This document shows positions 29,364 through 39,337 of a stretch of DNA of 46,390 nt, piece by piece. The translations under genes and the position numbers were made by a program. Location: positions 1 to 46,390 of the forward strand of contig JAQCDI010000001.1 in assembly GCA_027620595.1 (NCBI GenBank), read 5' to 3'. This stretch comes from Bacteroidota bacterium. Its GTDB lineage: Bacteria; Bacteroidota; Rhodothermia; Rhodothermales; UBA10348. The notes beneath the pieces are model-generated. The model had not been told where the DNA came from. It ran no database searches and saw only the letters and a program-made list of their open reading frames with translations. Numbering within the stretch: position 1 is the first letter of the stretch; every line of letters starts with the position of its first letter.

Positions 29364-30146
29364 CTACTTGCCCTGGAAGTCGGCTTTCCGCTTGCCGAGG
29401 AAAGCGTCGACCCCTTCGCGGAAATCCTCGGTATCGCACGCCTGACCGAACAGGTCGGCCTCGACGGCCAATCCTTCGGCCAGGGGCCTGTCCGAGGAGC
29501 GCAAGGCCTTGAGGGTCAGAGCCACTGCCAAGGGCGCCTTGCCCAGAATGGTGGTCATCATGGCTCGCGCGGCATCCATGAGTTCGGCCTGCGTCGTGAC
29601 CCGGTTCACCAGTCCCATTTCGTAGGCGCGGCGCGCGTCGATCATGTCTCCGGTGAGCACAAGTTCGGTGGCCAGGCCCAGACCGGCCAGGCGGGGCAGC
29701 CGCTGGGTGCCGCCATAACCGGGAATGATGCCCAGATTGACTTCGGGCTGCCCGAAGCGGGCATTGTCCGAGGCAATGCGCAGGTGACACGCCCAGGCCA
29801 GTTCACTGCCGCCGCCGAGCGCGAAGCCGTTGACGGCGGCGATGACGGGTTTGGAAAGCTGTTCGATCCGGTTGAATACGGCCTGTCCGCGGGCGGCAAA
29901 GAACCGGCCTTTCTCGCCATCGAGCTCCCGGAAGCGGGCAATGTCCGCGCCCGCCACGAAGCTCTTCTCGCCGGCTCCGGTCAGGATCACGCCGCGGATG
30001 GCTCCGTCGGTCCCGGCACGCTGGAAGAAGGCATCCAGGTCGGCGATGACGTCGGCGTTCAGGGCGTTGAGTTTGTCGGGGCGGTTGATTGTGACGGTGG
30101 CAATGCCGCGATCATCAATCTCCACGAGCAACGTGGCGTAGTCCAT
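29364..30146 (-). CDS. enoyl-CoA hydratase/isomerase (crotonase family)
   Basis: ATVTINRPDKLNAL, VILTGAGEKSFVAGADI, AAVNGFALGGGSELAWACHLRIA and GQPEVNLGIIPGYGGTQRL. Confidence 0.85.
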   Translation of the reverse strand: MDYATLLVEIDDRGIATVTINRPDKLNALNADVIADLDAFFQRAGTDGAIRGVILTGAGEKSFVAGADIARFRELDGEKGRFFAARGQAVFNRIEQLSKPVIAAVNGFALGGGSELAWACHLRIASDNARFGQPEVNLGIIPGYGGTQRLPRLAGLGLATELVLTGDMIDARRAYEMGLVNRVTTQAELMDAARAMMTTILGKAPLAVALTLKALRSSDRPLAEGLAVEADLFGQACDTEDFREGVDAFLGKRKADFQGK

Positions 30147-30209
30147 CTTGCAGAAGGTTGGGGCGGAATCGGAACCGGAAGATACGTTGTAATCCGGCAG
30201 GCATGCAGC

Positions 30210-31079
30210 CTATTCGCGAACCCGCTCTGCAGCGCGTCCTTCGTCCTCGGCCGTGGGGTCTTCGAACGTGTCCATCTCGTTGAGCAGGTCCACCGGGTTG
30301 GCAAACACTTCCTCGAGTTCCTCCACCGACGCCTGGGTCTCTTCGACCTCGGTCAGCAGCGTATCGAGCTGGAATGAGATTTCCTCGGGATTGCGCAGCG
30401 TCAGGGACTGCTCGTGGATGTACTTGATCACATCCTCGATGGTCTCGAGCTGGGCCTCGATGATTTCCAGGTTCTCCTGGCCCTTCTTTGAGCGCTCCAA
30501 CCGCTGCTCGAGGATCCTGAGGCGGCGTGCCTTGATGGCGCGTACGCGCGGCGTGTCGTCCTCCATGTCCACACGCAGGGCCTCGATGGAGCGCAGCACT
30601 TCAGACTCGACACCCGACTGGGCCGAGAATTCGTAGCGCTCCTTCTGGTAAAGCAGCTTCATGTAGGACTCGAGCAATCCGTCGATTTTCTTCAGGTGCG
30701 AGTCCAGCATGCCCTGGGACGCGTAGCTCAGCTTGCGATAGTTGCCGCGGATCTCCTTCTCGAGCTTGCGCAGCCTGGCGTAACGACGACGGTCCGACGT
30801 GGCCAGGGTCTGGAAGAGCTCCTTCTGCGAGAGCGGCTTGGCATGCTCGGCGGCCCGGCGCGAACGGATGGCCTTGCGGAACCGCTCATTGCGGGGCATC
30901 GTGCCCAGATACGCCAGTTCGGCCCCGGCCGTGAACATGAGTGCCACGTCGAACGGCCAGGTGGCCCCGGTCAGACTCACCCCGAAAGCCACCAGCATCG
31001 AGACAATCAGGAACGTAAGGTTCCACGGATGCAGGAAAGCTTCCCGGGAGTAGTTGATATCGTGTTGACCGCGCGTCAC
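30210..31079 (-). CDS. two-TM membrane protein with long cytoplasmic coiled-coil/acidic domain, family unknown (last gene of pspA operon)
   Basis: TM helices WNLTFLIVSMLVAFGVSLTG and WPFDVALMFTAGAELAYLGTM, then about 200 aa of heptad-like helix (RLRKLEKEIRGNYRKL, LRILEQRLERSKKGQENLEIIEAQLETIEDVIKYI) and an acidic tail. It lies 35 nt downstream of the preceding gene. Confidence 0.6.
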   Translation of the reverse strand: MTRGQHDINYSREAFLHPWNLTFLIVSMLVAFGVSLTGATWPFDVALMFTAGAELAYLGTMPRNERFRKAIRSRRAAEHAKPLSQKELFQTLATSDRRRYARLRKLEKEIRGNYRKLSYASQGMLDSHLKKIDGLLESYMKLLYQKERYEFSAQSGVESEVLRSIEALRVDMEDDTPRVRAIKARRLRILEQRLERSKKGQENLEIIEAQLETIEDVIKYIHEQSLTLRNPEEISFQLDTLLTEVEETQASVEELEEVFANPVDLLNEMDTFEDPTAEDEGRAAERVRE

Positions 31080-31114
31080 TTCCGTTGGTTGGCGTTTCTG
31101 GGGGGCGCCGGCAG

Positions 31115-31615
31115 CTATCGCCGCATGCGCCCGATGGTCTTTTCTGGTAGGTCCGACGACGAGCCGGCGGAGCGGGTTTCGCTGCCGGCGCCCTGATCCA
31201 AGGTGGGAGCCGAAGCGGGAGGAGCGGCCGAAGAGGAATCGGATTCGTCCGGAGCCTCGCCTTCCGCCGCCTTCATCTGACGGATGAGCTCCTGCGCCCG
31301 GGACTTGCGCAGGGTCTGATCCGCTTCGAGCTCTGCAGCGTCCAGATTTTCGAGCAGCCGGTCGTCGGCCGCCAGATTGTCCAGCGCCACTTCCATGCGG
31401 GCCTCGGCACCGATGGTGTCGTGCTGCAGGCGCTCCACCATCTCGTTGTGCTCATCGTAGAGGCTGTTGATGCCTTCGGCCATGTCGGTCACGGCACGCG
31501 TCACCCTGGCCTTGCGCTGCAGCTGGTGGTGGGCCTGCTTCAGTTCCTTGAGCTTGCGCAGGTGGGCCTTTTCGGCCTCCTTGAAGCGTTCGTATTCCTC
31601 GGGCGTCATGGCCAT
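31115..31615 (-). CDS. PspA C-terminal-half paralog (coiled-coil protein)
   Basis: 166 aa, alignable to the second half of the adjacent PspA (YDEHNEMVERLQHDTIGAEARMEVALDN vs THDEMLTRLQEQTARNEARMEMALDS; KSRAQELIRQMK vs KIRASELVKQFK). Ser/Asp-rich linker ending in EKTIGRMRR. It lies 18 nt downstream of the pspA stop. Confidence 0.6.
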   Translation of the reverse strand: MAMTPEEYERFKEAEKAHLRKLKELKQAHHQLQRKARVTRAVTDMAEGINSLYDEHNEMVERLQHDTIGAEARMEVALDNLAADDRLLENLDAAELEADQTLRKSRAQELIRQMKAAEGEAPDESDSSSAAPPASAPTLDQGAGSETRSAGSSSDLPEKTIGRMRR

Positions 31616-31633
31616 GTCTGGGCCCTCGCTGCG

Positions 31634-32401
31634 TTACTGGGTGCGTTCGCGACCGATGGTCTTGCCGCTCGTCTCGGATTCGGGATCGGACAGATCGAGC
31701 TGCGGCTCCTCCTTCGAGGCGCCACTCGTATCTCCCATGCCCATCTCCAGCTTGAACTGCTTGACCAGTTCCGAAGCGCGGATTTTCTGGGCATCCTCCT
31801 CGATCTTGAGGGCTTCGGTGTCCACCGAATCGAGCGCCATTTCCATGCGCGCCTCGTTGCGGGCCGTCTGCTCCTGCAGGCGGGTAAGCATTTCGTCGTG
31901 GGTCTGATCGATGCCGGCCACCTCGAAGGACTCGAGCGTATCGGCCACCTTGGCCTGCCACTGCGCACGCTCGTGTGCACGGAGGGCTTCCTTGGCCTCG
32001 GCAATCTTGCGCTCCTTCTCGCGCATGAACGCTTTCTTGACCTGCAGGGCCTTGTCGTAGGCCGCCGAGGCATACTTGAGCTGGTCCTTGGTCGACGCCA
32101 AGCTCTCCTGTACGCTTTCCATCCGCATGGCATAGCGCTCGGCAATATCGTCCCGACCGGCCTGGATACCTGCCTTGATCTTGGACGTCACATCGGCCAG
32201 TTCCTTCTCATACTTCTTGACCTCTTTCTGCAGCATCATCACGTTGGCTTTCACCGTCGCGATGTTCTCGTTCATCTTGGGGACCTGGTCGTTCAGCTCC
32301 CGGATGTTCTGCTCGAGGATGAGCTTGGGATCTTCGAGTGCTGAGATGGCACCGCCGAAGATGGATTTGACTAATCGCTTGAAGCGGACCCAGATCGACA
32401 T
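31634..32401 (-). CDS. pspA: PspA/IM30/Vipp1-family protein
   Basis: MSIWVRFKRLVKSIFGGAISALEDPKLILEQNIRELNDQV is the canonical PspA N-terminus. The body is continuous coiled coil. ATG 32401 preferred over TTG 32443. Confidence 0.85.
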   Translation of the reverse strand: MSIWVRFKRLVKSIFGGAISALEDPKLILEQNIRELNDQVPKMNENIATVKANVMMLQKEVKKYEKELADVTSKIKAGIQAGRDDIAERYAMRMESVQESLASTKDQLKYASAAYDKALQVKKAFMREKERKIAEAKEALRAHERAQWQAKVADTLESFEVAGIDQTHDEMLTRLQEQTARNEARMEMALDSVDTEALKIEEDAQKIRASELVKQFKLEMGMGDTSGASKEEPQLDLSDPESETSGKTIGRERTQ

Positions 32402-32595
32402 GTCGTTCCTGATGCGTTGAGTGGTAGGGAGGAGGAGTCCCAACGTGAATATAGTGAAGGTCTACCGGCAGGCCCATGCAACGGGGTGGGAAGGGCCCGG
32501 CTTTGCTTGTTTCCGGTGCCAAGAGGAGCATCGGTGGGCCCGTTCTTACGAGGGGGGCGGCCTCTGGATTCATTCGCGGCCAAACGGCGCAAAAA

Positions 32596-33924
32596 TCATC
32601 TGCTCCACACCCCGGCGGCAAACCGGTCCCTGATCCTGGATCCGGGTGGCGGCGCTTGTGCGGACAGGGTGTAGGCGCGCGCGATCCGCTCCACTGCCGC
32701 TTCGAGTCGGGAGGCATCGGTGGCGGTAACGCGGGCCAGGACATCTCCCGGGCGAACCGCATCCCCTTGCCGCTTGCTGAGCCAGCATCCGGCCAAAGGA
32801 TCGACGGCATCCTCCTTTGTGCGTCGGCCGGCGCCAAGGTCCACCATCGCGCGGCCGACGTCCCGCGCGTCAATCCTGGCCACCGCGCCGCTCATACCTT
32901 CGGGCGCGCGGACGTCGGCCGCGTGGGCCCCGTCGTAGCGCGTCTCGGGCCGCTCGATGGCCACCAGGGATCCGCCCTGCGCCCGGACGAGCTGCCGGAA
33001 GCGGTCCATGGCATGCCCGGAGACAACCGCCTTCCGGGCCATCAAGCGACCTTCTTCCTGCGACCGCGCCGCGTTACCTGCCACAAGCATTTCCGCCGCC
33101 AACTCGAACGTCACTTCTTCGAGGTCCGGCGCGCTGCCTCCAGCGAGCAGCTGAATGGATTCGTGGATCTCGGGCCAGTTGCCCACCGCACAGCCCAGCG
33201 GCTGATCCATGTCGGTCAGAAGCGCCACGGCCGGCTTGCCGAATCCCTCGCTGACCCGGACCAGCGTCTCGGCCAGGTGGCGCGCGTCGGGCTCGGCCTG
33301 CATGAAGGCGCCCGAACCGAATTTCACGTCGAGCACGAGGGCATCGATGCCTTCGGCCAGTTTTTTCGACAGGATCGAGGCGGCAATGAACGGCACGAAT
33401 TCCACCGTTCCCGTCACATCCCGAAGGGCGTAGAGCTTGCGATCGGCGGGCGCGATGTCGTCGGTCTGCCCGATCATGACCAGCCCGATTTCGGCCAGCT
33501 GACGGCGATAGGCCTGCATCGAGAGTGCTGTGGTGAAGCCGGGTATGGATTCCAGCTTGTCCAGCGTGCCACCGGTATGCCCCAGGCCGCGGCCGGAGAT
33601 CATGGGTACCGGCACGCCGCAGGCTGCCACGATGGGAGCCAACGGGATGCTGACCTTGTCCCCGACGCCTCCCGTGGAGTGCTTGTCCACCTTGACCCCG
33701 GGCACATCCGACAGATCGAGCACGATGCCCGAGTGGAGCATGGCGTGGGTCAGGGAGATCATTTCGGCCTCGGTCATCCCCCGCAGGAAAGCCGCCATGA
33801 GGAAGGCCGACATCTGGTAGTCCGGCACGTCCCCCGCGGTGTAGGCCTCCACGAAGGCATGGATCTGCGCGTCATCGAGCGCATCGCCGGAGCGCTTGGT
33901 CAGGATGAGATCAACGATGTTCAT
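32596..33924 (-). CDS. deoA: thymidine / pyrimidine-nucleoside phosphorylase
   Basis: MNIVDLILTKRSG, MSAFLMAAFLRGMT, VDKHSTGGVGDK and SGRGLGHTGGTLDKLESIPG. Confidence 0.9.
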   Translation of the reverse strand: MNIVDLILTKRSGDALDDAQIHAFVEAYTAGDVPDYQMSAFLMAAFLRGMTEAEMISLTHAMLHSGIVLDLSDVPGVKVDKHSTGGVGDKVSIPLAPIVAACGVPVPMISGRGLGHTGGTLDKLESIPGFTTALSMQAYRRQLAEIGLVMIGQTDDIAPADRKLYALRDVTGTVEFVPFIAASILSKKLAEGIDALVLDVKFGSGAFMQAEPDARHLAETLVRVSEGFGKPAVALLTDMDQPLGCAVGNWPEIHESIQLLAGGSAPDLEEVTFELAAEMLVAGNAARSQEEGRLMARKAVVSGHAMDRFRQLVRAQGGSLVAIERPETRYDGAHAADVRAPEGMSGAVARIDARDVGRAMVDLGAGRRTKEDAVDPLAGCWLSKRQGDAVRPGDVLARVTATDASRLEAAVERIARAYTLSAQAPPPGSRIRDRFAAGVWSR

Positions 33925-33969
33925 GCGGAGCGTTCAGGCCAAACGGCATCGGATGGAACGGGACGATAC

Positions 33970-34000
33970 AAAAAAAGCGGGACGCCAGCCGGCGTCCCGC
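33970..34000 (-). terminator. intrinsic terminator downstream of rpmE
   Basis: Minus-strand RNA GCGGGACGCC-GGCU-GGCGUCCCGC (10-bp GC stem) followed by UUUUUUU (plus-strand A-run 33970..33976). Confidence 0.7.
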
Positions 34001-34038
34001 TTTGTCCGCACGAGGTGCGGCAAATGGTCCAGGACCGA

Positions 34039-34266
34039 TTACTCGGTCTCTGCCTCGGCAGAAGGCTTGCCGTAACGACGGTTGAACTTCTCCACGCGAC
34101 CGGCGGTGTCAACGAACTGACGCTTGCCGGTGTAGAACGGGTGGTTCGTCGAATCCACTTCGGACGAGTACGAGTCGCCGGGCATTGTGGAACGCGTTAC
34201 GAATTCCGTTCCGTCAGCGAGCTTGACGGTCAAGTCGTGGTATTCGGGATGCAGATCTTTTTTCAT
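34039..34266 (-). CDS. rpmE: 50S ribosomal protein bL31 (Cys-less, type B-like)
   Basis: [22 protein letters not shown]...[27 protein letters not shown]. There are no Cys residues, so no zinc ribbon. AGGAG lies 6 nt upstream of the ATG. Confidence 0.95.
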   Translation of the reverse strand: MKKDLHPEYHDLTVKLADGTEFVTRSTMPGDSYSSEVDSTNHPFYTGKRQFVDTAGRVEKFNRRYGKPSAEAETE

Positions 34267-34356
34267 GCGAGTCTCCTGGCGGGTCGCCGGTAAGGCCGGA
34301 TTCCGCCGGATTGGGCTGTTGGTCGTGCCGGAAACGGGGATTCCGGTGAGCCGAGA

Positions 34357-34385
34357 AATATACGGATTCCCCGAAGGGCGTTCAA
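34357..34385 (-). promoter_or_regulatory. sigma70-like promoter candidate for rpmE (TTGAAC-17 nt-TATATT)
   Basis: On the minus strand, TTGAAC (34380..34385) and TATATT (34357..34362) have a 17-nt spacer, in a local AT-rich patch about 90 nt upstream of the rpmE ATG. Confidence 0.45.
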
Positions 34386-34467
34386 GAAGTTTCGTTCAAT
34401 CCCGTCAGGAGGCCACAGGTGCGCCAACCGTCGGAAAACGGTTCGCCCGTACCCTCAGACACCGGAC

Positions 34468-35673
<1,206 letters not shown>

Positions 35674-35691
35674 GATGTTCTCCAGCCGGGC

Positions 35692-37545
35692 CTAGCCCAG
35701 CATGTCTTCAATCTTGCGTGCAATCTCCGAGGGGCCGAAGGGGCGTCCCTGGATCTTGTTCATGGCCTCGAAAGGCAGCAGGAATTCATCGCGCAGGATG
35801 CGCACAAGCTGGCCATTGTTGAGCTCCGGCACCAGGAATTTCGAGAATCCGGACAGCACCTTGCCGAGGTCGGCCGGCAACGGGCAGACCCAGCGCAGGT
35901 GGACCGAAGCCACCTTGAGGCCGGCATTGCGGGCGCGGGTCACACCGGCCTCGATGGCGCCACGGGTCGACCCCCAGCCCACGATCAGCAGCTCGGCATC
36001 TTCATCCCCGAAAATCTCCAGCGGAGCCATGTCCTGCTGCACGCGCTTCACTTTTTCGGCGCGCAGGCGGATCATCAGCTCGTGGTTGTGGGCGTCGTAG
36101 GACACGTTGCCCGTGCCGTCCTTCTTCTCGAGGCCGCCGATGCGGTGCTCCAGGCCCGGTGTCCCCGGCTTGGCCCACGGTCGGGCCAACGTCTGCGGAT
36201 CACGGACATATCCGTGGAACACCTTTTCCCCGTCCACTTCGACGTTCGGCTCAGTGGCATACTGCACTTCGAAATCCGCCAGGGAATCCGGATCGGGAAT
36301 GAGCCACGGCTCGCTGCCGTTGGCCAGATAGCCGTCGGACAGGAGCACAACCGGCGTCATGTACTTGACCGCGATGCGGCAGGCCTCATAGGCCACCTCG
36401 AAACAGTCGCCCGGTGTGGACGCGGCGATGATCGGCATCGGGGCGTCCCCGTTGCGGCCGTAGTAGGCCTGCATCAGGTCGGACTGCTCGGTTTTTGTCG
36501 GCAGACCCGTGGACGGTCCACCGCGCTGCACGTTCACGATGACCAGCGGCAGTTCCGTGATGTGGGCCAGGCCCATGGCCTCACCCTTGAGCGCCACCCC
36601 CGGACCGGAGGTCCCGGTAATGCCGAGGCACCCCCCGAAGCTGGCACCGATGGCCATCCCGATGGCCGCAATCTCGTCCTCGGCCTGGATGGTCATGATC
36701 CCGTGGTTCTTGTACCGACTCAGGGCATGCAGGATGTCCGATGCCGGCGTGATCGGGTACGAGCCGTACGTGATCGGGATGCCACTCTTGTCGGCCGCCG
36801 CCACGAATCCCATGGCCATGGCCTGTACCCCCTGAACGGCGCGGTACCGGCCCGGAGGCAGCGTGGCGGGGGTGACCTCGTAGCGGGTCACGAACATCTC
36901 GGTGGTCTCGCCGAAATGGTAGCCTTTCTTCAAGAGCTCCAGGTTGGCGTCCCGGATTTCGGGCTTCTTGGCAAACTTGCTCCGGATCCACTGCTCGGCC
37001 GGCTCCACCGGACGCGAGTAGAGCCATAGCGAGAGACCGAGCGCAAACATGTTCTTCGAGCGGTCGATCTGCTTCTGGTTGAGGTCCGAGTCCTTGAGCG
37101 TCTCGCGGGTCAGGCGCGTAAGTTCGACCTGGATGACACGGTACTTGTCGAGCGAACCATCTTCCAACGGGTTGGAATCCAGGTTCGCCAGATTCAGGTC
37201 CTTGGCCTCGAACGAGTTGGAGTTTACCAGGATGGTACCGCCAGGACGCACCCGATCGAGGTTCACCACCAACGCGGCCGGGTTCATGGCGATGAGCAGG
37301 TCAACATCGTCGCCCGGAGTGCGGATATCCACAGAGCCGAAATGGAGCTGGAAGCCCGACACCCCGTAGCGCGTGCCGACGGGGGCGCGGATCTCTGCCG
37401 GAAAGTCGGGCAACGTGGCCAGGTCGTTCATCGCATAGGCCGTGGCCAGCGTGAACTGGGTACCGGTGAGCTGCATGCCGTCACCGGAGTCGCCTGCAAA
37501 AAGCACGGTGGCTTCGGGCAGGGTCTCAACAGTTTTTGATCCCAT
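35692..37545 (-). CDS. korA: 2-oxoglutarate:ferredoxin oxidoreductase alpha subunit
   Basis: VLFAGDSGDGMQLTG, YPITPASDILH, GASFGGCLGITGTSGPGVALKGEA. Start at ATG 37545 (MGSKTVE); the ORF extends to 37587. Confidence 0.9.
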   Translation of the reverse strand: MGSKTVETLPEATVLFAGDSGDGMQLTGTQFTLATAYAMNDLATLPDFPAEIRAPVGTRYGVSGFQLHFGSVDIRTPGDDVDLLIAMNPAALVVNLDRVRPGGTILVNSNSFEAKDLNLANLDSNPLEDGSLDKYRVIQVELTRLTRETLKDSDLNQKQIDRSKNMFALGLSLWLYSRPVEPAEQWIRSKFAKKPEIRDANLELLKKGYHFGETTEMFVTRYEVTPATLPPGRYRAVQGVQAMAMGFVAAADKSGIPITYGSYPITPASDILHALSRYKNHGIMTIQAEDEIAAIGMAIGASFGGCLGITGTSGPGVALKGEAMGLAHITELPLVIVNVQRGGPSTGLPTKTEQSDLMQAYYGRNGDAPMPIIAASTPGDCFEVAYEACRIAVKYMTPVVLLSDGYLANGSEPWLIPDPDSLADFEVQYATEPNVEVDGEKVFHGYVRDPQTLARPWAKPGTPGLEHRIGGLEKKDGTGNVSYDAHNHELMIRLRAEKVKRVQQDMAPLEIFGDEDAELLIVGWGSTRGAIEAGVTRARNAGLKVASVHLRWVCPLPADLGKVLSGFSKFLVPELNNGQLVRILRDEFLLPFEAMNKIQGRPFGPSEIARKIEDMLG

Positions 37546-37742
37546 GGAACGTGATGGGTCGGAAGGATGGACGGGACGTCGTCCCACGGCCCTGCAGGCT
37601 GGGTATCCTGCTCAGCGGCCGTTCGAACGGGAAAGAAAACGACTCACGATCGTAAACCACGCCTAATGTAGAGCAAAATGGTTATTCTTGCGCCAGCGGG
37701 ACCCCGCCGTTTCCTCCCGCCAGCTTCATCCCAGCATCATCC

Positions 37743-38126
37743 ATGATTCCCTATCACGCCATCACGCGCGACATCGAGGTTACTGTCCGGCCGGTCTATC
37801 TCGACGGACAGTCCGATGTGATGGAACGCAAATTCGTGTTCGGCTACTTCATCCGGATCGAGAACCACGGGGTCGAGCCCATTCAGCTCCTGCGGCGGCA
37901 CTGGTACATCACCGACCAGACCGGACGCATCCAGGAGGTCGAAGGAGAGGGCGTCATCGGCCGCCAGCCCATCATCGAGCCGGGTGCCTCCCACCAGTAC
38001 AACAGCTACTGCGTGCTGGAGACTTTCACGGGCCACATGCGCGGCCACTACACCATGGAACGGCTCCACGGCGAACGCTTCAAGGTGGACATTCCCCAGT
38101 TCGACCTGAAGGCCGCGGTCAACTGA
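37743..38126 (+). CDS. apaG: ApaG (DUF525) protein
   Basis: ITRDIEVTVRPVYLDGQSD..RKFVFGYFIRIENHG...LLRRHWYITDQTGRIQEVEGEGVIGRQPII.PG..HQYNSYC is a textbook ApaG sequence. Confidence 0.9.
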   Translation: MIPYHAITRDIEVTVRPVYLDGQSDVMERKFVFGYFIRIENHGVEPIQLLRRHWYITDQTGRIQEVEGEGVIGRQPIIEPGASHQYNSYCVLETFTGHMRGHYTMERLHGERFKVDIPQFDLKAAVN

Positions 38127-38177
38127 TTCTGGCCACTGGCGGGTTTCCGGTTTCGGGCGAACCGACTTCCGGTCCGC

Positions 38178-38456
38178 TCAGATCATCTTGACGTCGATGG
38201 CCAGATCCGCCGTGGTCAGGACGATGACCTGGCTGCCCCCTTCGCGCTCGAAGTCCACAAGGGCCTCCGGCAGTTCTTCCCGCGGCGTTTCCATGTGGAA
38301 CAGGGTATCCGCCACCACATGCCAGTCCTCGGCCGTCAGGAACACCTCGGCCTTGCCACCATCGGCCACCATTGGCGCATAGCCGAGCACCTTGTTGATG
38401 TGGTTGACGCCCTGCTGACGATGGAGATTGGGGGGGATGTTCGTGCGCTCTTGCAT
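38178..38456 (-). CDS. hypothetical small protein (92 aa)
   Basis: ORF with coding-like GC3 between apaG and thyA. ATG 38456 chosen because the longer ORF (to 38672) runs into thyA. No family recognised. Confidence 0.35.
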   Translation of the reverse strand: MQERTNIPPNLHRQQGVNHINKVLGYAPMVADGGKAEVFLTAEDWHVVADTLFHMETPREELPEALVDFEREGGSQVIVLTTADLAIDVKMI

Positions 38457-38542
38457 TACCTTTGGAAGCGGAAGGTGGGACCGTTCGGAGTCCCGGTCTA
38501 TCCCTTCCGCCGACAAAACGTTCCGCCCTTCTCCGACGCTCC

Positions 38543-39337
38543 ATGAAGCCCTATCTCGACCTGCTCCGTCACGTCCGCGACAACGGCATCGAAAAGTCCG
38601 ACCGCACGGGCACGGGTACCCGGTCGGTGTTCGGCCACCAGATGCGGTTCGACCTGCAGGCCGGATTTCCATTGGTGACGACGAAAAAGGTCTACTTCAA
38701 GGGGCTGGCCATCGAGATGCTCTGGTTCCTCAAGGGGGGCACCAACATCCAGTACCTCGTGGACAACAACGTCCACATCTGGGATGCCTGGGCAGACGAG
38801 GAGGGCAAGCTCGGACCGGTCTACGGTAAGCAGTGGGTGTCCTGGACGGATCGCCACGGACACGATGTCAACCAGATCGAGAAACTCATCGAAGGGATAC
38901 GGGCGAACCCCGACTCCCGGCGCCACATCGTGAACGCCTGGAACGTTGGCGACCTGCCGGAGATGGCCCTGCCCCCCTGCCACATGTTCTATCAGTTCTG
39001 GGTGGGCAACGGACGACTCTCGTGTCAGCTCTATGTCCGCTCGAACGACCTCTTCCTCGGTGCGCCGTTCAACATTGCCGAGTATGCCCTCCTGACGCAC
39101 ATGGTCGCGCAGCAGTGCGACCTCGAAGTCGGCGAGCTGGTCTACACGATCGGGGATGCGCACATCTACCTGAACCACCTAGACCAGATCGAGGAGCAGC
39201 TGGGGCGCGAGCCGTACCCGTTGTGCCAGTTGGAGTTGAAGCGCCGTCCGCCGTCGATCTTCGACTACGAATACGAGGATTTCGAGCTGGTCAACTACCG
39301 GTTCCATCCGGGCATCAAGGCGCCGGTGGCGGTATGA
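38543..39337 (+). CDS. thyA: thymidylate synthase (ThyA type)
   Basis: [26 protein letters not shown], catalytic [30 protein letters not shown], and C-terminal PGIKAPVAV. Confidence 0.95.
   Translation: MKPYLDLLRHVRDNGIEKSDRTGTGTRSVFGHQMRFDLQAGFPLVTTKKVYFKGLAIEMLWFLKGGTNIQYLVDNNVHIWDAWADEEGKLGPVYGKQWVSWTDRHGHDVNQIEKLIEGIRANPDSRRHIVNAWNVGDLPEMALPPCHMFYQFWVGNGRLSCQLYVRSNDLFLGAPFNIAEYALLTHMVAQQCDLEVGELVYTIGDAHIYLNHLDQIEEQLGREPYPLCQLELKRRPPSIFDYEYEDFELVNYRFHPGIKAPVAV

Noticed and set aside
26526-32401. Idea that floA and the pspA operon form one membrane-stress locus (Band-7 and PspA genes are sometimes neighbours)
   Set aside because: They are on opposite strands, about 4 kb apart, and separated by a CNNM transporter and a crotonase gene. 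Proximity alone is weak evidence, so I report them separately.
32503-32521. TGGCAC motif upstream of pspA (minus strand TGGCACCGGAAACAAGC), considered as a sigma54 promoter as in E. coli pspA
   Set aside because: The -12 element does not fit. The GC dinucleotide is two positions too far from the GG, and the TTGC context is missing. No PspF-like activator is encoded nearby.
32476-34293. 605-aa plus-strand ORF
   Set aside because: Antisense to thymidine phosphorylase and bL31, both unambiguous. It also runs straight through the rpmE terminator hairpin.
38457-38672. Longer version of the small minus-strand ORF (164 aa) and the 27-codon extension of thyA from 38462
   Set aside because: The two extensions overlap each other and are Arg/Gly-rich. 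ThyA homology starts at MKPYLDLL (38543). An internal ATG (38456) gives a non-overlapping small ORF.
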